A stretch of 63,617 nucleotides of DNA, filler included, from Nemertoderma westbladi (Eukaryota; Animalia; Xenacoelomorpha): NCBI GenBank assembly GCA_032718475.1. It is 3 parts of 3 records of this genome, joined end to end, with 100 filler letters (N's around TTAATTAATTAA, not from the genome) between each part and the next. Parts side by side here need not be neighbours in the genome. Positions count along the whole stretch, not along the records: positions 20,715 to 51,468 come from JAUCBJ010004865.1; 2 more parts are not named here. One strand, given 5' to 3'. The first letter of the stretch is position 1; each line of letters starts with the position of its first letter. Below, in pieces: positions 24,630 through 35,851 of this stretch. Made by a program: the position numbers and the translations under genes. Under the pieces are notes generated by a model. The model had not been told where the DNA came from, did no database searches, and worked only from the letters and a program-made list of their open reading frames with translations.

Positions 24630-26990
24630 GGGTGTCGTTAGTTCTAATGGACTTTTGTTCTAAACAGGTTACGTCAGTAGTTCTAATCGGGGGTGTCATT
24701 AGTTCTAATTGCAAACGCCAGTAGTTCTAATTGAATAGTCACTTAGTTCTAAATCATGTGTCAGTTGTTCTAAAGTGGTTGCGTCAGTTGTTCTAAACAG
24801 GGGTGTCAATAGTTCTAATCAGGGATGTCATTAGTTCTAAAATTAAACTGAATGTGAATAAAGGTAATAATTTTGTATACTATTCATTGCACAAACTAAC
24901 TAATACTGAGTACAGAATAATTACTGACTTAGAATACAGACACTAATTATTAAAATTATGAATTATTAAAATTCGAACATTTAAAACATTTAAAATTAGT
25001 ATTAATTATTATTATTAATCAGTTTAAGTTCGACAGTTAAAGTTTCAGTTTACTAATGATTACCAAGCAGGTGCTGAACATGGTCCAGATAAGCATAGAC
25101 CATAGGACGCGGTATAGGAGCACCTTGTGCCATCCAATAATCCAACTGAATTTTCAACTGGTTCTTGGCCTCAGAAATGTGTTGATCAATCGTTATGTCA
25201 CGATCTCTTCGCTTACGTGCCAAGACATTGCCATTGTCCAGATTTCTGGCACGTACGACGTACGAGTTGTGCCACAGCTGAGCTTGCTGAAGGAAGTCGC
25301 CGAGTTCAGGATGGCGATGAGAAAAACGATGTGGAAGAGAATTATGCCATCCCTCACCATGGTTCGTTGTACGTGGACCATCATTGTCCCAGCTGTTCCA
25401 GGTTTCGATAAACCCTAGTCGAAGCCAAAAATCGGCGAAGTACTGAGAAAATTTGTTCAACTGAATGTTAACCGCTACATTCGCAATAACAGGAACTTCG
25501 GCCAAAATATCGGCAGCAACAGGAAGTACTAGCTGCGACGGAATAAGACACAAGGAAACAAGTCGCCTCATCCAAATGCGAATGCGATCATCCTGTTGGC
25601 AGGGAATAGACAATCCCAATTTATCCCTCATTTCATTGAGAGCTTTTGTGTAATGAAACACACAACCCTGAATGCTAACCTCTGGGAAAGCTGCATGAGC
25701 AGCGTTTATTGCAGCTTGCTCGAAGTCAAGGTGCCAGGTCTGAAATTGCAAGTCAGGCACTTGGCCACCTGCAACTGCAACTAACTTCTCACGAATGCGT
25801 TCGAATAGGAACCGATAGGTATCCGTGTGCTTGTTGGGAAGTAAGGCATAAACCAATGGCATAGATTCAAGGCTATTATTTCTGTCAGAGAGAAACCCGT
25901 GAATTGTATATAACTGTGCGAATGGAAATGGAACAATTGGCTGATATTTAAAATTGCCATCGAGGATAAGGTGTGGTGAAACCAGCAACCACATAATATC
26001 TGATACTGTAGACAAAATTATCACCATCGGATCCCCTGCTTGCTGCGGGGAATAACTAATTAGCCTCTCATTCTGCCAACCATCACCGGGATTCGAGAAA
26101 CGTCCTCTATGAGTGAAGGTCAATGCAGCAGGAATTTCGAGAATGTTGTCAACCTTCGGTACACTCTTTCGCCTATGTCGTTGATATGATCTCTGAACTG
26201 ATGAGAATGCAGGCAGCTTATCTTCAATTGCTTGTCGCTGGAATTCCGGTAGACCACCATAAGCAACTTGAATTTCAGCTAAGGAATCGTTATACGCAGT
26301 ACGAGGCCGTTTTCCAGTTGTCTGTATAACTTGCCTCGTTTTCCTGTCGATTTCTTTAGCGACAGCAATTTCCTTATCAATACCTAAACAGTAATGTGGA
26401 CGATTGGGATTGACCGGATCAGTGACAATTCGTTCACCTTTAACAACAAGGCTCGGTGGTGGAGGCAATGTGTTGTCCACATCTCTCGCCTCCTTGCACA
26501 GCTTGCATTTATAGTAAATCGCATTCTCACTTTTAGCTCGAAACATAAACTCTAGAACCTTGCCGTTTTCGATAGGATAACAGATAAGTGGATTTTTCCC
26601 AGTTTTTGTTCTGCGCGTGTAGTCTGAAAAGGAACCGTAGTCTGCTGGTACTGCACCCGCCATACTGCACTACAAAACAAAGTTTGGAAGTTAGGCCAAC
26701 TCAAGAGTTAGAAAGTGCAGTGCAGATTAAGAGCACAATCAAAGACAATGCAGTACCGGTATTTTACTGTACTGCTTTGATTTTAAATTCCCCCCTCTAC
26801 TGGTCTTTAGAACAACTGACACCCCTATTAGAACTACTGACGCATGCGTTTAGAACAACTGACGCTTCAATTAGAATTTAAGTACTTTTGAATTTAGAAC
26901 TAAAGTCCTTTAGAACAAATGACATCCCCGATTAGAACTAATGACGTTTCCGGTTTAGAACTAAAGTCCATTAGAACTAAAGTCCTTTAG
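24630..26990 (-). mobile_element. Nested MULE with TTAGAAC/GTTCTAA subterminal inverted repeats
   Basis: GTTCTAA arrays at 24640-24840 mirror TTAGAAC arrays at 26808-26990; left end GGGTGTCG; right end appears clipped; no TSD. Confidence 0.8.
25053..26663 (-). CDS. MULE transposase (FLYWCH-like N-terminus, DDE domain), intact ORF
   Basis: 536 aa; YYKCKLC...H, ILDGNFK, QLYTIHG, PLVYALLP, HLDFEQAAINA, GCVFHY, RTTNHGEGWH. Confidence 0.92.
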   Translation of the reverse strand: MAGAVPADYGSFSDYTRRTKTGKNPLICYPIENGKVLEFMFRAKSENAIYYKCKLCKEARDVDNTLPPPPSLVVKGERIVTDPVNPNRPHYCLGIDKEIAVAKEIDRKTRQVIQTTGKRPRTAYNDSLAEIQVAYGGLPEFQRQAIEDKLPAFSSVQRSYQRHRRKSVPKVDNILEIPAALTFTHRGRFSNPGDGWQNERLISYSPQQAGDPMVIILSTVSDIMWLLVSPHLILDGNFKYQPIVPFPFAQLYTIHGFLSDRNNSLESMPLVYALLPNKHTDTYRFLFERIREKLVAVAGGQVPDLQFQTWHLDFEQAAINAAHAAFPEVSIQGCVFHYTKALNEMRDKLGLSIPCQQDDRIRIWMRRLVSLCLIPSQLVLPVAADILAEVPVIANVAVNIQLNKFSQYFADFWLRLGFIETWNSWDNDGPRTTNHGEGWHNSLPHRFSHRHPELGDFLQQAQLWHNSYVVRARNLDNGNVLARKRRDRDITIDQHISEAKNQLKIQLDYWMAQGAPIPRPMVYAYLDHVQHLLGNH

Positions 26991-28800
26991 CAATAATGGG
27001 TGAACCGACTAAGAAATTGTGGTGCATTTGGCACATTGATAGAGCATGGAGAAAGGGGTTGTCCAAAATTGATGGCGATTCTTTACTTAAGAGCGAAGTT
27101 TACAAGACTTTAAGAGTGTTACTTGAAATAAAGGAGAAAGAAGAGTTTCATCGGTGCCTAACTGAGGTTGTGGATTCTTTAAAATCGGACAAAAATACTG
27201 TAAATTTTGGAAGATACTTTGAAAACGAATATGCTCGTAGTTTTCACTACTGGGCTTATAGTTACCGATTAGGATTAAAGGTACATCACAACTTACACCT
27301 AGAAGCTTTACATCGAACAATAAAGCACGTGTTCTTGGAAGGACGGAAAGTGAAACGATTAGATAAGAGTATAGAGGTTCTTATGAAACTAATACGGTTT
27401 AAAGCTTTCGACCGTCTCGCTAAATTACACAAGGGAAAACGAACGCATCATCTGCTTGGTATAACGAAGAGACATCGTGCAAGTTTAAATTCAGACTTAA
27501 ACGTTGTGGTTTGGAATTCTGGAGTAAATGGCTGGACTGTCCCCAGTCTTTCCGATAGTAATATCTGTTATTATGTTACTCGTAATTCTGTAGCGCACAA
27601 ATATAATTCGTGCCCTTTGCGATGTGTACATTGCCGTATTTGTTGTCACACTTATGATTGCACTTGCTCGGATAATTCGCTGAGGCTCACTATATGCAAA
27701 CATATTCACATCCTTTCTCGATTTTTACATTCTGACCGTCCCAGTAATCTTCTGAGTAATGCAGAGCTTCTTTCTGTTGCCGATGAGCAACCATGTGAAA
27801 CTAATGCTAACAGTTCTAACCCTTTGGCTTCAGTTGAAGAGACCGAATTGATACCGTCAATCGATCTACAATTTTCAAATGAGGAGGTTGTACAAGCACC
27901 GGCAAGTGAGACAGATATAATTTTGGAAGCGACTTCCTCAATTATTATTGAAGGTTCCAAACCTACAAATACAATTAAGGATAAAATCCGTGGCCACTTA
28001 CTTTGTGTTTTAGGACAACTAGAGGTAATTGAAGATACTGAAGTACTACAAGCCTTGCACACTAAAACGAAATTATTAACTCCATTCATTACAGCATTAA
28101 CATCTAAGCCCCAGCTTCCAAAACCTACTAAATCACCCGCAAATAAAAAATCTTTATTACAACGACGACTATATACAACTAAAAAAAAGAAGTAAAACAT
28201 CAAGAAACTTATTCGGTGTTTCGAAACCATGCAACTTGGAAAGAAATTTCATTGCGCGATGCCTCGCCGGTTCCCAACGAACCAGTAATTCATCAAGACA
28301 GAACCCTGACCATGAATATACAAACACACCAGGAACGACGACCAACTCCGATCACCAATACTATTTTTAATTACTAAAATTGATTTGTTTATTCTTATTA
28401 ATCTTTTGTTTAATCGGAAAAAATAATTAAAAAAAATAAATTACTTTTCTTTTTCTGGGATTAGAACCCTTGACCTCAAGATTAAGTGACTAATATAAGT
28501 GACTAATCCCCCCCCCCCCCCCCCCCCCCTACTAATGTTTTTCAAATTCCAATCATATGCTACTAAAACTCTAAAACGTCTCAAAATTGACACCTTAGTA
28601 TTTTGATAATCTCTCCGGCATAATATGGTGTAACAGCAAAAGACTTCCTCCTCAATTTTAAGCAAATATCTGGTTTTAGATACAGTGGAAAAACTGTACT
28701 ACTGTAATTTTATAATTGTTGTCGCTTTGGCCACGTATTTACCATATATTTGGTGAACATAAATTAGGAGTAGCAGTTGATCGTTAAAGATTACTTATAT

Positions 28801-29176
28801 CCCATCCCATCCCATCCCATCCCATCCCATCCCATCCCATCCCATCCCATCCCATCCCATCCCATCCCATCCCATCCCATCCCATCCCATCCCAACCCAT
28901 CCCAACCCATCCCATCCCAACCCATCCCACCCCAACCCAACCCAACCCAACCCATCCCAACCAAACCCATCCCAACCCACCCCACCCCATCCCAACCCAA
29001 CCCATCCCAACCCATCACATCCCATCTCATCCCATCCCATCCTAACCCATCCCAACCCAACCCATCCCAACCCATCCCATCCCAACCCACCCCATCCCAC
29101 CCCATCCCATCCCATTCCAACCCATCCCAACCCATCCCAACCCAACCCACCCCATCCCATCCCATCCCATCCCATC
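28801..29176. repeat. (CCCAT/CCCAA)n pentanucleotide satellite, about 75 units
   Basis: Pure CCCAT run degenerating to CCCAA/CCCAC variants; produces spurious GWDGM and PIPSH ORFs. Confidence 0.95.
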
Positions 29177-30221
29177 AATAAATGCGCTATATATATTATG
29201 AGCACTATATGTTAATATTAATATTTATTATTTAACGCCATGTTTCCATGCGAAAGTTCTAGAATATAATTCTATAACCAAGATACATGGGCCCGCAATA
29301 TCATCACTATCCTACGACGGACGTACAGATAGGAAGACCGGAAGACTAATTGACGGATACACCGTATTGGCGTTCGCCGACTTTGATGAAGAAGACCTCA
29401 AGCAACTAATCAACCCTGACGGTTACGTTCGTTGATGTACATATAAGTTACTCTTCTTGGTGAACGTGGTACCACACACCATGGACCATGACCTGCCGAT
29501 GGCGACGAGTCATCTTCGCTTCCTTCGCATTTCCTCTTACGACCTCTAACGGTAACAACTTCTTGATCGTGAACAGTTTTACGATGTTTGTTTAAATTAC
29601 CGACACATAAAAATAATTTGTCACAAATACTACAGGATGTGGATGAGTCTTCCATTCAATATTAAAAGTTGTCGATGACAATAACACTGAAATACATTTA
29701 TTGTTATAATACAAATACCTAACTGCCTAAATGTGTTAGTGTCTAACTCAACTGGCGATAGTAGTCAACTATTACATTTAAATTTCCCTCCATGGAATCA
29801 TTCAGTCAATGTTCCTTCCGGGACCCGCTTGTAGTGTGTTCCACTACATTCAGACATTACTGGCGGAATTGTTATCAATTCTGCAATTTAAAATCCTTAA
29901 AACTAGGTAGACCTATGACCTATTCCTAGCTTTTCCAGGTGTTTCTGCTTTTTAATGTTTTAGTATGTAATGTGCAGACGTAGGCCTCTAGCCTACCTGA
30001 CTGCCTGATAAATGTTAGGCCCTATACTGCTATATAAAACAGAGTAAAAACCATGTAACCAGGTAACGGGATATGGAATGCTGCTAACTACAGTTGTTTT
30101 ATACAGTACCGGCAAAGTAAGCTGACTGCCTGACCACTGACAGTCAGTAGGCCTACCTAGTAGACTAGAGTTCTCTGCAGGACAGCTCAGTTAGTGGATT
30201 CCCAATGGGAAAATGGCAATG

Positions 30222-30484
30222 GTTTTTTAATTTCTGCCGTGGCTTTTTAATTTCTGCTGTAGCTTCTTTAATTTCTGCCGTAGCTTCTTTAATTTCTGCC
30301 GTGGCTTTTTAATTTCTGCCGTGGCTTTTTAATTTCTGCCGTGGCTTTTTAATTTCTGCCGTAGCTTCTTTAATTTCTGCCGTGGCTTTTTAATTTCTGC
30401 CGTGGCTTTTTAATTTCTGCCGTAGCTTTTTAATTTCTGCCGTAGCTTCTTTAATTTCTGCCGTGGCTTTTTAATTTCTGCCGT
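30222..30484. repeat. 20/21-bp tandem repeat, about 13 copies
   Basis: Unit TTTAATTTCTGCCGT(G/A)GCTT; GGCAGAAA motifs in the opposite orientation at 23474-23537 suggest subterminal arrays of an element hosting the outer MULE. Confidence 0.85.
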
Positions 30485-31277
30485 TCCTTTTTATATCCTG
30501 TGACAGTTATGGGCCACCGTAAATGGGCGATTGAGTTGCTATGTTTCGAATACAATTCCAGGTTTCTTAAAGTTACGTCGCATGACGATGAGTTCTACCG
30601 ATCGCACTAAACCATCATCGGATATAAGAGTCTCGATGATACGACCTGTCTGCCACCGCTTTCGTGGAAGATCGGATTCTACAATAAGGACCATGTCTCT
30701 GGCGCTGACGTTTTCTTGCTGCGCAAACCACTTGGTTCGAAGTTGTAGCGTAGGCAGATAATGTTTTTCGAAATGGTCAGCGAAATGACGGGATAATAAC
30801 TGCATAAGTTGCCAAGTTTGTCGGCAGTATTCGTCTCCGTCCGTGATTTCCGATCGTGGGAGCATGGCTACAAGTTCAAGTTCAAGTTCAAGTTCAAGTT
30901 TGTATAATAGTAATCATATGATATGAAATTGCACTTGTTCGTCACCTAACGACGATTTATTATGGGGGTAGTGACTGTTTGCAATGGCAATGCCAGTCGA
31001 GGCCAACAGCCACCCCCTATGCACTGTAAATATAATTAAAGAAATTAGTATTATAGTAATGCTGTAAATCTGTTACTCGGGTTATTAAAATGAACATTTT
31101 TATGTGTTGCACCGTATAATATAATTAACGAAGAAAAAGTAGTAATTTACTATATGTAATAGCGATTTGCCTTGTTGATGTGTGTCTCATAAATTGTTTA
31201 TTTTATTTTAATTTTTAATTAAATTTAACGTAAATCATGTATATTTTTTTATAGTCCTAAAAAAAAAGAGAAAATGA

Positions 31278-34200
31278 TTAAATCATGTGGTGTATTAAGA
31301 ATGTCTTCAATTGTTTTTTGAATATATTTTTTGTTGTTGAAGTAGTTATTGGACTTGGTAAGTTATTCCAAAAGGATGCACCCAAAACAGCAATAGACTC
31401 ATGAGCCACATTCAGCCGTGTTAATGGTATGACGTATTTGCCTGCAGCGGCCGACCTAGTGTTGTAACGATGAATCTCAGAGAAAGTTGTAAATAGATGA
31501 GAAAGTGGATGTTTAGGGTTGTTGGATATATCGTACATTAGTTGGCCTAGCTGGTAGTTGAATAGCGATTGTAAAGGTAATATATTGAGAGATTTATATA
31601 TTGGTATGGAGGATGACCGGTAGTGACTGAAGGTTAGACAGCGAATAATTTTATTTATTTTAATTCGAATAGGTCGGAGAACAGTACTACCAGCGACACC
31701 CCATGCCAATATACCATAATTAATGTATGGATTGATCAAAGTGAAGTACAGCATACGAAGGATCTGGGATGGGAAGATATGTCTTAACTTATACTGTAGA
31801 ATAAACCAGCTGAGCGGGAAATTTTGTTTAATATATACCTTGTATGGGTTTTCCATTTCAATTTGTCGTCTATCCAGATACCAAGAAATTTCGCATGCTG
31901 TACTTGCTTGATCTCAGAAGATTTAATTTTTATTTTAGGAAGACCAGTAGTTAGTAGGCGGTTAGTAAATATAGTGTATTCTGTCTTCGTCATATTGAGG
32001 GATAGTCTATTGTCCGCGAGCCAGTCCGAAATCTTGTCAAGTTCTGTGTTTGTTGTTGTTATTAGTCGGTCAATGTCAATATTGTGGTTCAGTAAAGTGG
32101 TGTCGTCAGCGAATAGAGTAGTTAGTAGGTTAGATACGTTAGGAAGATCATTTATATAGAGTAAAAACAGCAAAGGTGATAAGATAGATCCTTACACATC
32201 CTTAGACACGTAATTGTCATAATCGGCGATTGGATTTTATTGTTAAGGGATACAAACTGAGTTCTGTCTGTAAGGAAACTTTGGATTAGATTTTTTGGGG
32301 TCCCTCGAATTCCGTATCCTTCCAGTTTTTGTAGTAATATCGAGTGATTGAGCGTGTCGAACGCTTTTTTGAGGTCAATGTATATTGCGCAACTGGATGA
32401 TTTGGAATCTAGAACTGACTTAATTTTTTCTGTTACAGTTAAAATCGCAGAAAAAGTGGAAGTATTTTTCCGAAAACCAAATTGACAGGGTGTTAGTATT
32501 GAAAAGCGATCCAGATAATTTTGAAGTTGTACATAAATTATTTTTTCGTATATTTTACTGAAAATGGGAAGTAGCGAGATAGGTCTATAATTATTTGGAT
32601 CTAATGGGTCATTTCCTTTGAAGCTCGATATCACCTTTGCTGTTTTTAAATATGATGGGAAATGTCCAGATTTAATAGAGAGGTTTATTAGGAAAGTTAA
32701 GTGATGGGCGAGTGGCTCAGCTACAATCTGTATAAGTCTAGTAGGGAATGAGTCGTTAGTTGCTGAGCTATAGTCTAGGCTTAGTAGGTAGTAATGAACT
32801 TCAGCAGTGGACGTTTCTATTAGTGAAAACGAATTAGAGTGTCGGTGACGTAAGTGGCGGATTGGCGAACGTGCTGAGAGGGGTATATTTTGCGCTAGTT
32901 TTTGACCAATAAAAGAGAAGTGCTCATTCAAAATGGTTGCTATTTTGATTGGGTCTGATGTTGTTTTAGCACCACCAGTATTATTGCAATTTATTTTATT
33001 AGGGAAGGAGGTTTTCTGTCCTTTGTTTAGCACGTTATTTATGATGCGCCAAGTCTTTCGCATATTTCCCGCGGTCTCCTGAAATTTCGTACAGTAAAAT
33101 TTTTTTTCGGTGTCTCGGAGCACTATGCCAAGTTTATTCCGGTATTTTTTATATTTTTTTTCATTATGAATGGTAGGCGCTTTGACATATTTTGAAAAAA
33201 GTTTGTTTTTATGTGAAATTGATTTTAATAAGCCTTCAGTTATCCATGGTTTACGAGAAAGTTTTCTAATTGGTACAGTTTTTGTGGGAAGGTGTTTATT
33301 GCATAAATCACTAAACATATTATAGAAATTTTCGAATTTTAAATCAGAGGGCACATTTTCAGATCGGTAATCAAACATGTTTGGTGAGCAGAATTCTTTT
33401 TTAAATGAATTTTCGTTAAATTTTGAGTAATCGAATATTTCGCGTGTTACCTTTTGATCAAAAAATTCGGAATAATCATGAAAGAGTGCAAAGTTTGCTA
33501 AATGGTCGGTACTTCCACAATCTGATAAAAATACCCCCGACGTGTTAACGGCTGTGGTTATATTAGTCAATATGTGATCTAATGTAGAGTTGGCACCGTA
33601 TACTATACGCGTCGGATTTTTAGTGAGTTGTGTATAACCAAAGGTTGAAGCAGTCTGGAGATATTGGATAGATTCAATAGTCTGTTTTGTTAGGTTTACA
33701 TTGAAGTCACCCGTTATTACTATGTCAGATTTTGTAGTGACTAGCTTTTGAAAAATAAGCTCTAATTTTTCATGAAATACATTAAACTTTACTGAAGGAG
33801 GGCGGTATACCGCACCTACTATTAGATTTTTTTTATTTTTATTTCGTTTTATTTCTATCCAAAGATTATCAAAACCCTCTATTTGTAAATCTGGGCGTTC
33901 AGTGTATGATAAGCAATTTTTAATATATAAACCTACGCCCCACCCAGAACCGGAAGTCCGTCCGTTGGGTCTGTTAGTCAGTAGTGGCTCTCCGTAACCG
34001 TCCAAGTTGAGATTACTTTTACTGTCTTTCGCACCCACTAGAGTCTCCGAGAAGGCTAACACGTCAAACTGCTGATCTAGTGTAGCAAGGAAGTTAGTAG
34101 TAGTTGGTAGGTTGTTATTTAGACTCCTACAGTTTAGGTGAAAGATAGAGAAATTAGATTTAGCGTTAACTCTCTGGGATTCATCGTTAAAGCGCATATC

Positions 34201-34578
34201 AGTATAATAATCGCTGAATCTGGCTGCGTTGAGAATATTGCTGTCTGGGTCTATAGATACGAACTTTGGATTTTGAAAGTTATGTGGCTCTATAGTATTA
34301 GGTTCACATTCGAAAACATCACAATCTTCATTCGAAATACCGGTAAAAGGAAAGATTTCGTTGTAGCAATAAGTACAATAATGACCTACAAAACATTTTG
34401 AATTTATTAGTTCATTTAGATCCAATTTTGAGAGACATGTACCACATGGCATATGATAAATATTGTTACATAAAACACAATACAATTGAAAATCACTACG
34501 CTTAAAACCCGAGTAGCAGAATGAACAAGTTTTGTCTAAATAATTTTTTTTTATTTGTGTATTTCTCGTTTCAGTCAT
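31278..34578 (-). pseudogene. LINE ORF2: PHD finger, APE endonuclease, reverse transcriptase; two frameshifts
   Basis: CSFC...CVLC...H..C...CTYC; HLNCRSL, FSET, VYRPP, GDFN, TLDH, TDH; YRPISLL, QFGFR, IDLKKAFD, FADDT; breaks near 32190 (GVPQGS motif damaged) and 31795. Confidence 0.92.
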
Positions 34579-34873
34579 TTCCTTAAATTATTTGTTTCTA
34601 AAAATATCCTAGTTCCAAACTCTGCCATGCCTATAGATAATTAAGAAAAAAAAAAATAATAATAAACATTACTAAGTGCCAAAAAATAAATTCAAAATGA
34701 AAATAACGCTGGTATTTAATTTTTCATTGTCGTATAGAAAGTAACTTAATTTTTTATTTAATCCATTATATTATTTCAACATTTTCGTATTATTTTATAA
34801 ATTTTTTTCCAATATTTTATTTATTAATTCAACAGTCGTATTAATCAGAGTTAATATGAATGAAAATTCCTGA

Positions 34874-35851
34874 TTAATTGGGATACATTCCTTCGACCTC
34901 GAAAGAGTTACTAATATGCGTGGAGTTTAGCGATTTGGACGCTCGGGATGCGTTGATGGATTCCTCGATAACCGATTCATCGATATCCGTGACAAACTGC
35001 GATTCGGAATCTCTAATCTCGTTATTCCCGTCCATCGCTGCAGTATCGTAGTGTTCAGCGGTCTCACCTTTTTTTTTTCCTTTGGCTAGTCTCCTTTGCG
35101 ACGCGCGAAGGGCGGTAGGTCCAGCTTCAACAGGTTCTTTGGAATCTCGACGAGATACGTTTCTCTGCAGGATTTCTGTCAGGGTTGAAGACTCATTAAT
35201 ATGTTGGACGTCGACCAGATTCGATATCTTGATTGGCGCGGAGTCGCTCGTCTTACGAATAAACACCGTGCCGTTGTGTGAGTAGGCGGCACGGATCCAT
35301 CCTTCCTTTTTTAACTTCGTTGCTTCTCTGAGTAGGCTTGCCCGTCGTGGAGTTAAGTGGTCGGAAGGAGAGATTCCCGATGAGAATGAACTCTTATTCT
35401 TAAAGATAGCGAAACGAGTAGATTGCGCAATGAATCGCACGAGTAGCGGTCGAATCTTGCGCCCCGCAGAGGGTGTTACTGGTCCTAGTCGTTGAATGTA
35501 GTCGATTGCGTTAGTATTAATGTTTATCTTGCCAAATTCTCTACTGATTATATTCATATCGGTATCCGATTTGGATTCCCCAACCCCGTGGAAGAGAACG
35601 TTATTGCGGCGATTATCTTGACTTAAGGAATCAATGGATAGTTCCGCCTTCTCGGACACGTCGCGGAGCTGTATCTTGAGCGAGTCGTTATCACGTTGTA
35701 ACTCAGATAGTATTTTTAGTAGCGACGGAGACCCGTCAGTTGGATTGAGTTGCGTCGACAGTTTGTTAATTTCTGCGGAAACTTTTCCAAGAAGATTTTC
35801 TAATCGATCTAGTCGTGTGCTAAGAGCCTGCACGTAGCTTTTAGGGCCCAT
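34874..35851 (-). CDS. LINE ORF1 (coiled coil plus RRM-like domain)
   Basis: Heptad-rich N-terminus, RRNNVLFHGVGE, QRLG...RPLLVRF, DHLTPRR. Confidence 0.85.
   Translation of the reverse strand: MGPKSYVQALSTRLDRLENLLGKVSAEINKLSTQLNPTDGSPSLLKILSELQRDNDSLKIQLRDVSEKAELSIDSLSQDNRRNNVLFHGVGESKSDTDMNIISREFGKININTNAIDYIQRLGPVTPSAGRKIRPLLVRFIAQSTRFAIFKNKSSFSSGISPSDHLTPRRASLLREATKLKKEGWIRAAYSHNGTVFIRKTSDSAPIKISNLVDVQHINESSTLTEILQRNVSRRDSKEPVEAGPTALRASQRRLAKGKKKGETAEHYDTAAMDGNNEIRDSESQFVTDIDESVIEESINASRASKSLNSTHISNSFEVEGMYPN

Larger units (their letters stand above)
23803..28195 (+). pseudogene. Disrupted C2H2-MULE-SWIM transposase of the outer element
   Basis: C2H2 CSICDKLF...HRKTVH; CPS...HAGH; after the nested insert LWCIWHIDRAW, HNLHLEALHRTIK and SWIM YDCTC...ICKHIH; frameshift, stops, central part missing. 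Confidence 0.85.
23627..29832 (+). mobile_element. MULE/MuDR-type element with ~410-bp TIRs (C2H2 + MULE + SWIM transposase)
   Basis: TIRs 23627-24036 and 29428-29832 (ACAAGCGGGTCCCGG...), 8-bp TSD AGTGTGTT at 23619-23626 and 29833-29840. Confidence 0.9.

Noticed and set aside
28777-29205. GWDGM and PIPSH repeat ORFs
   Set aside because: Translation of a stop-free pentanucleotide satellite
30222-30484. CRISPR-like regular repeats (also 16690-17975 and 55130-59130)
   Set aside because: Head-to-tail units without unique spacers, no cas genes, eukaryotic context
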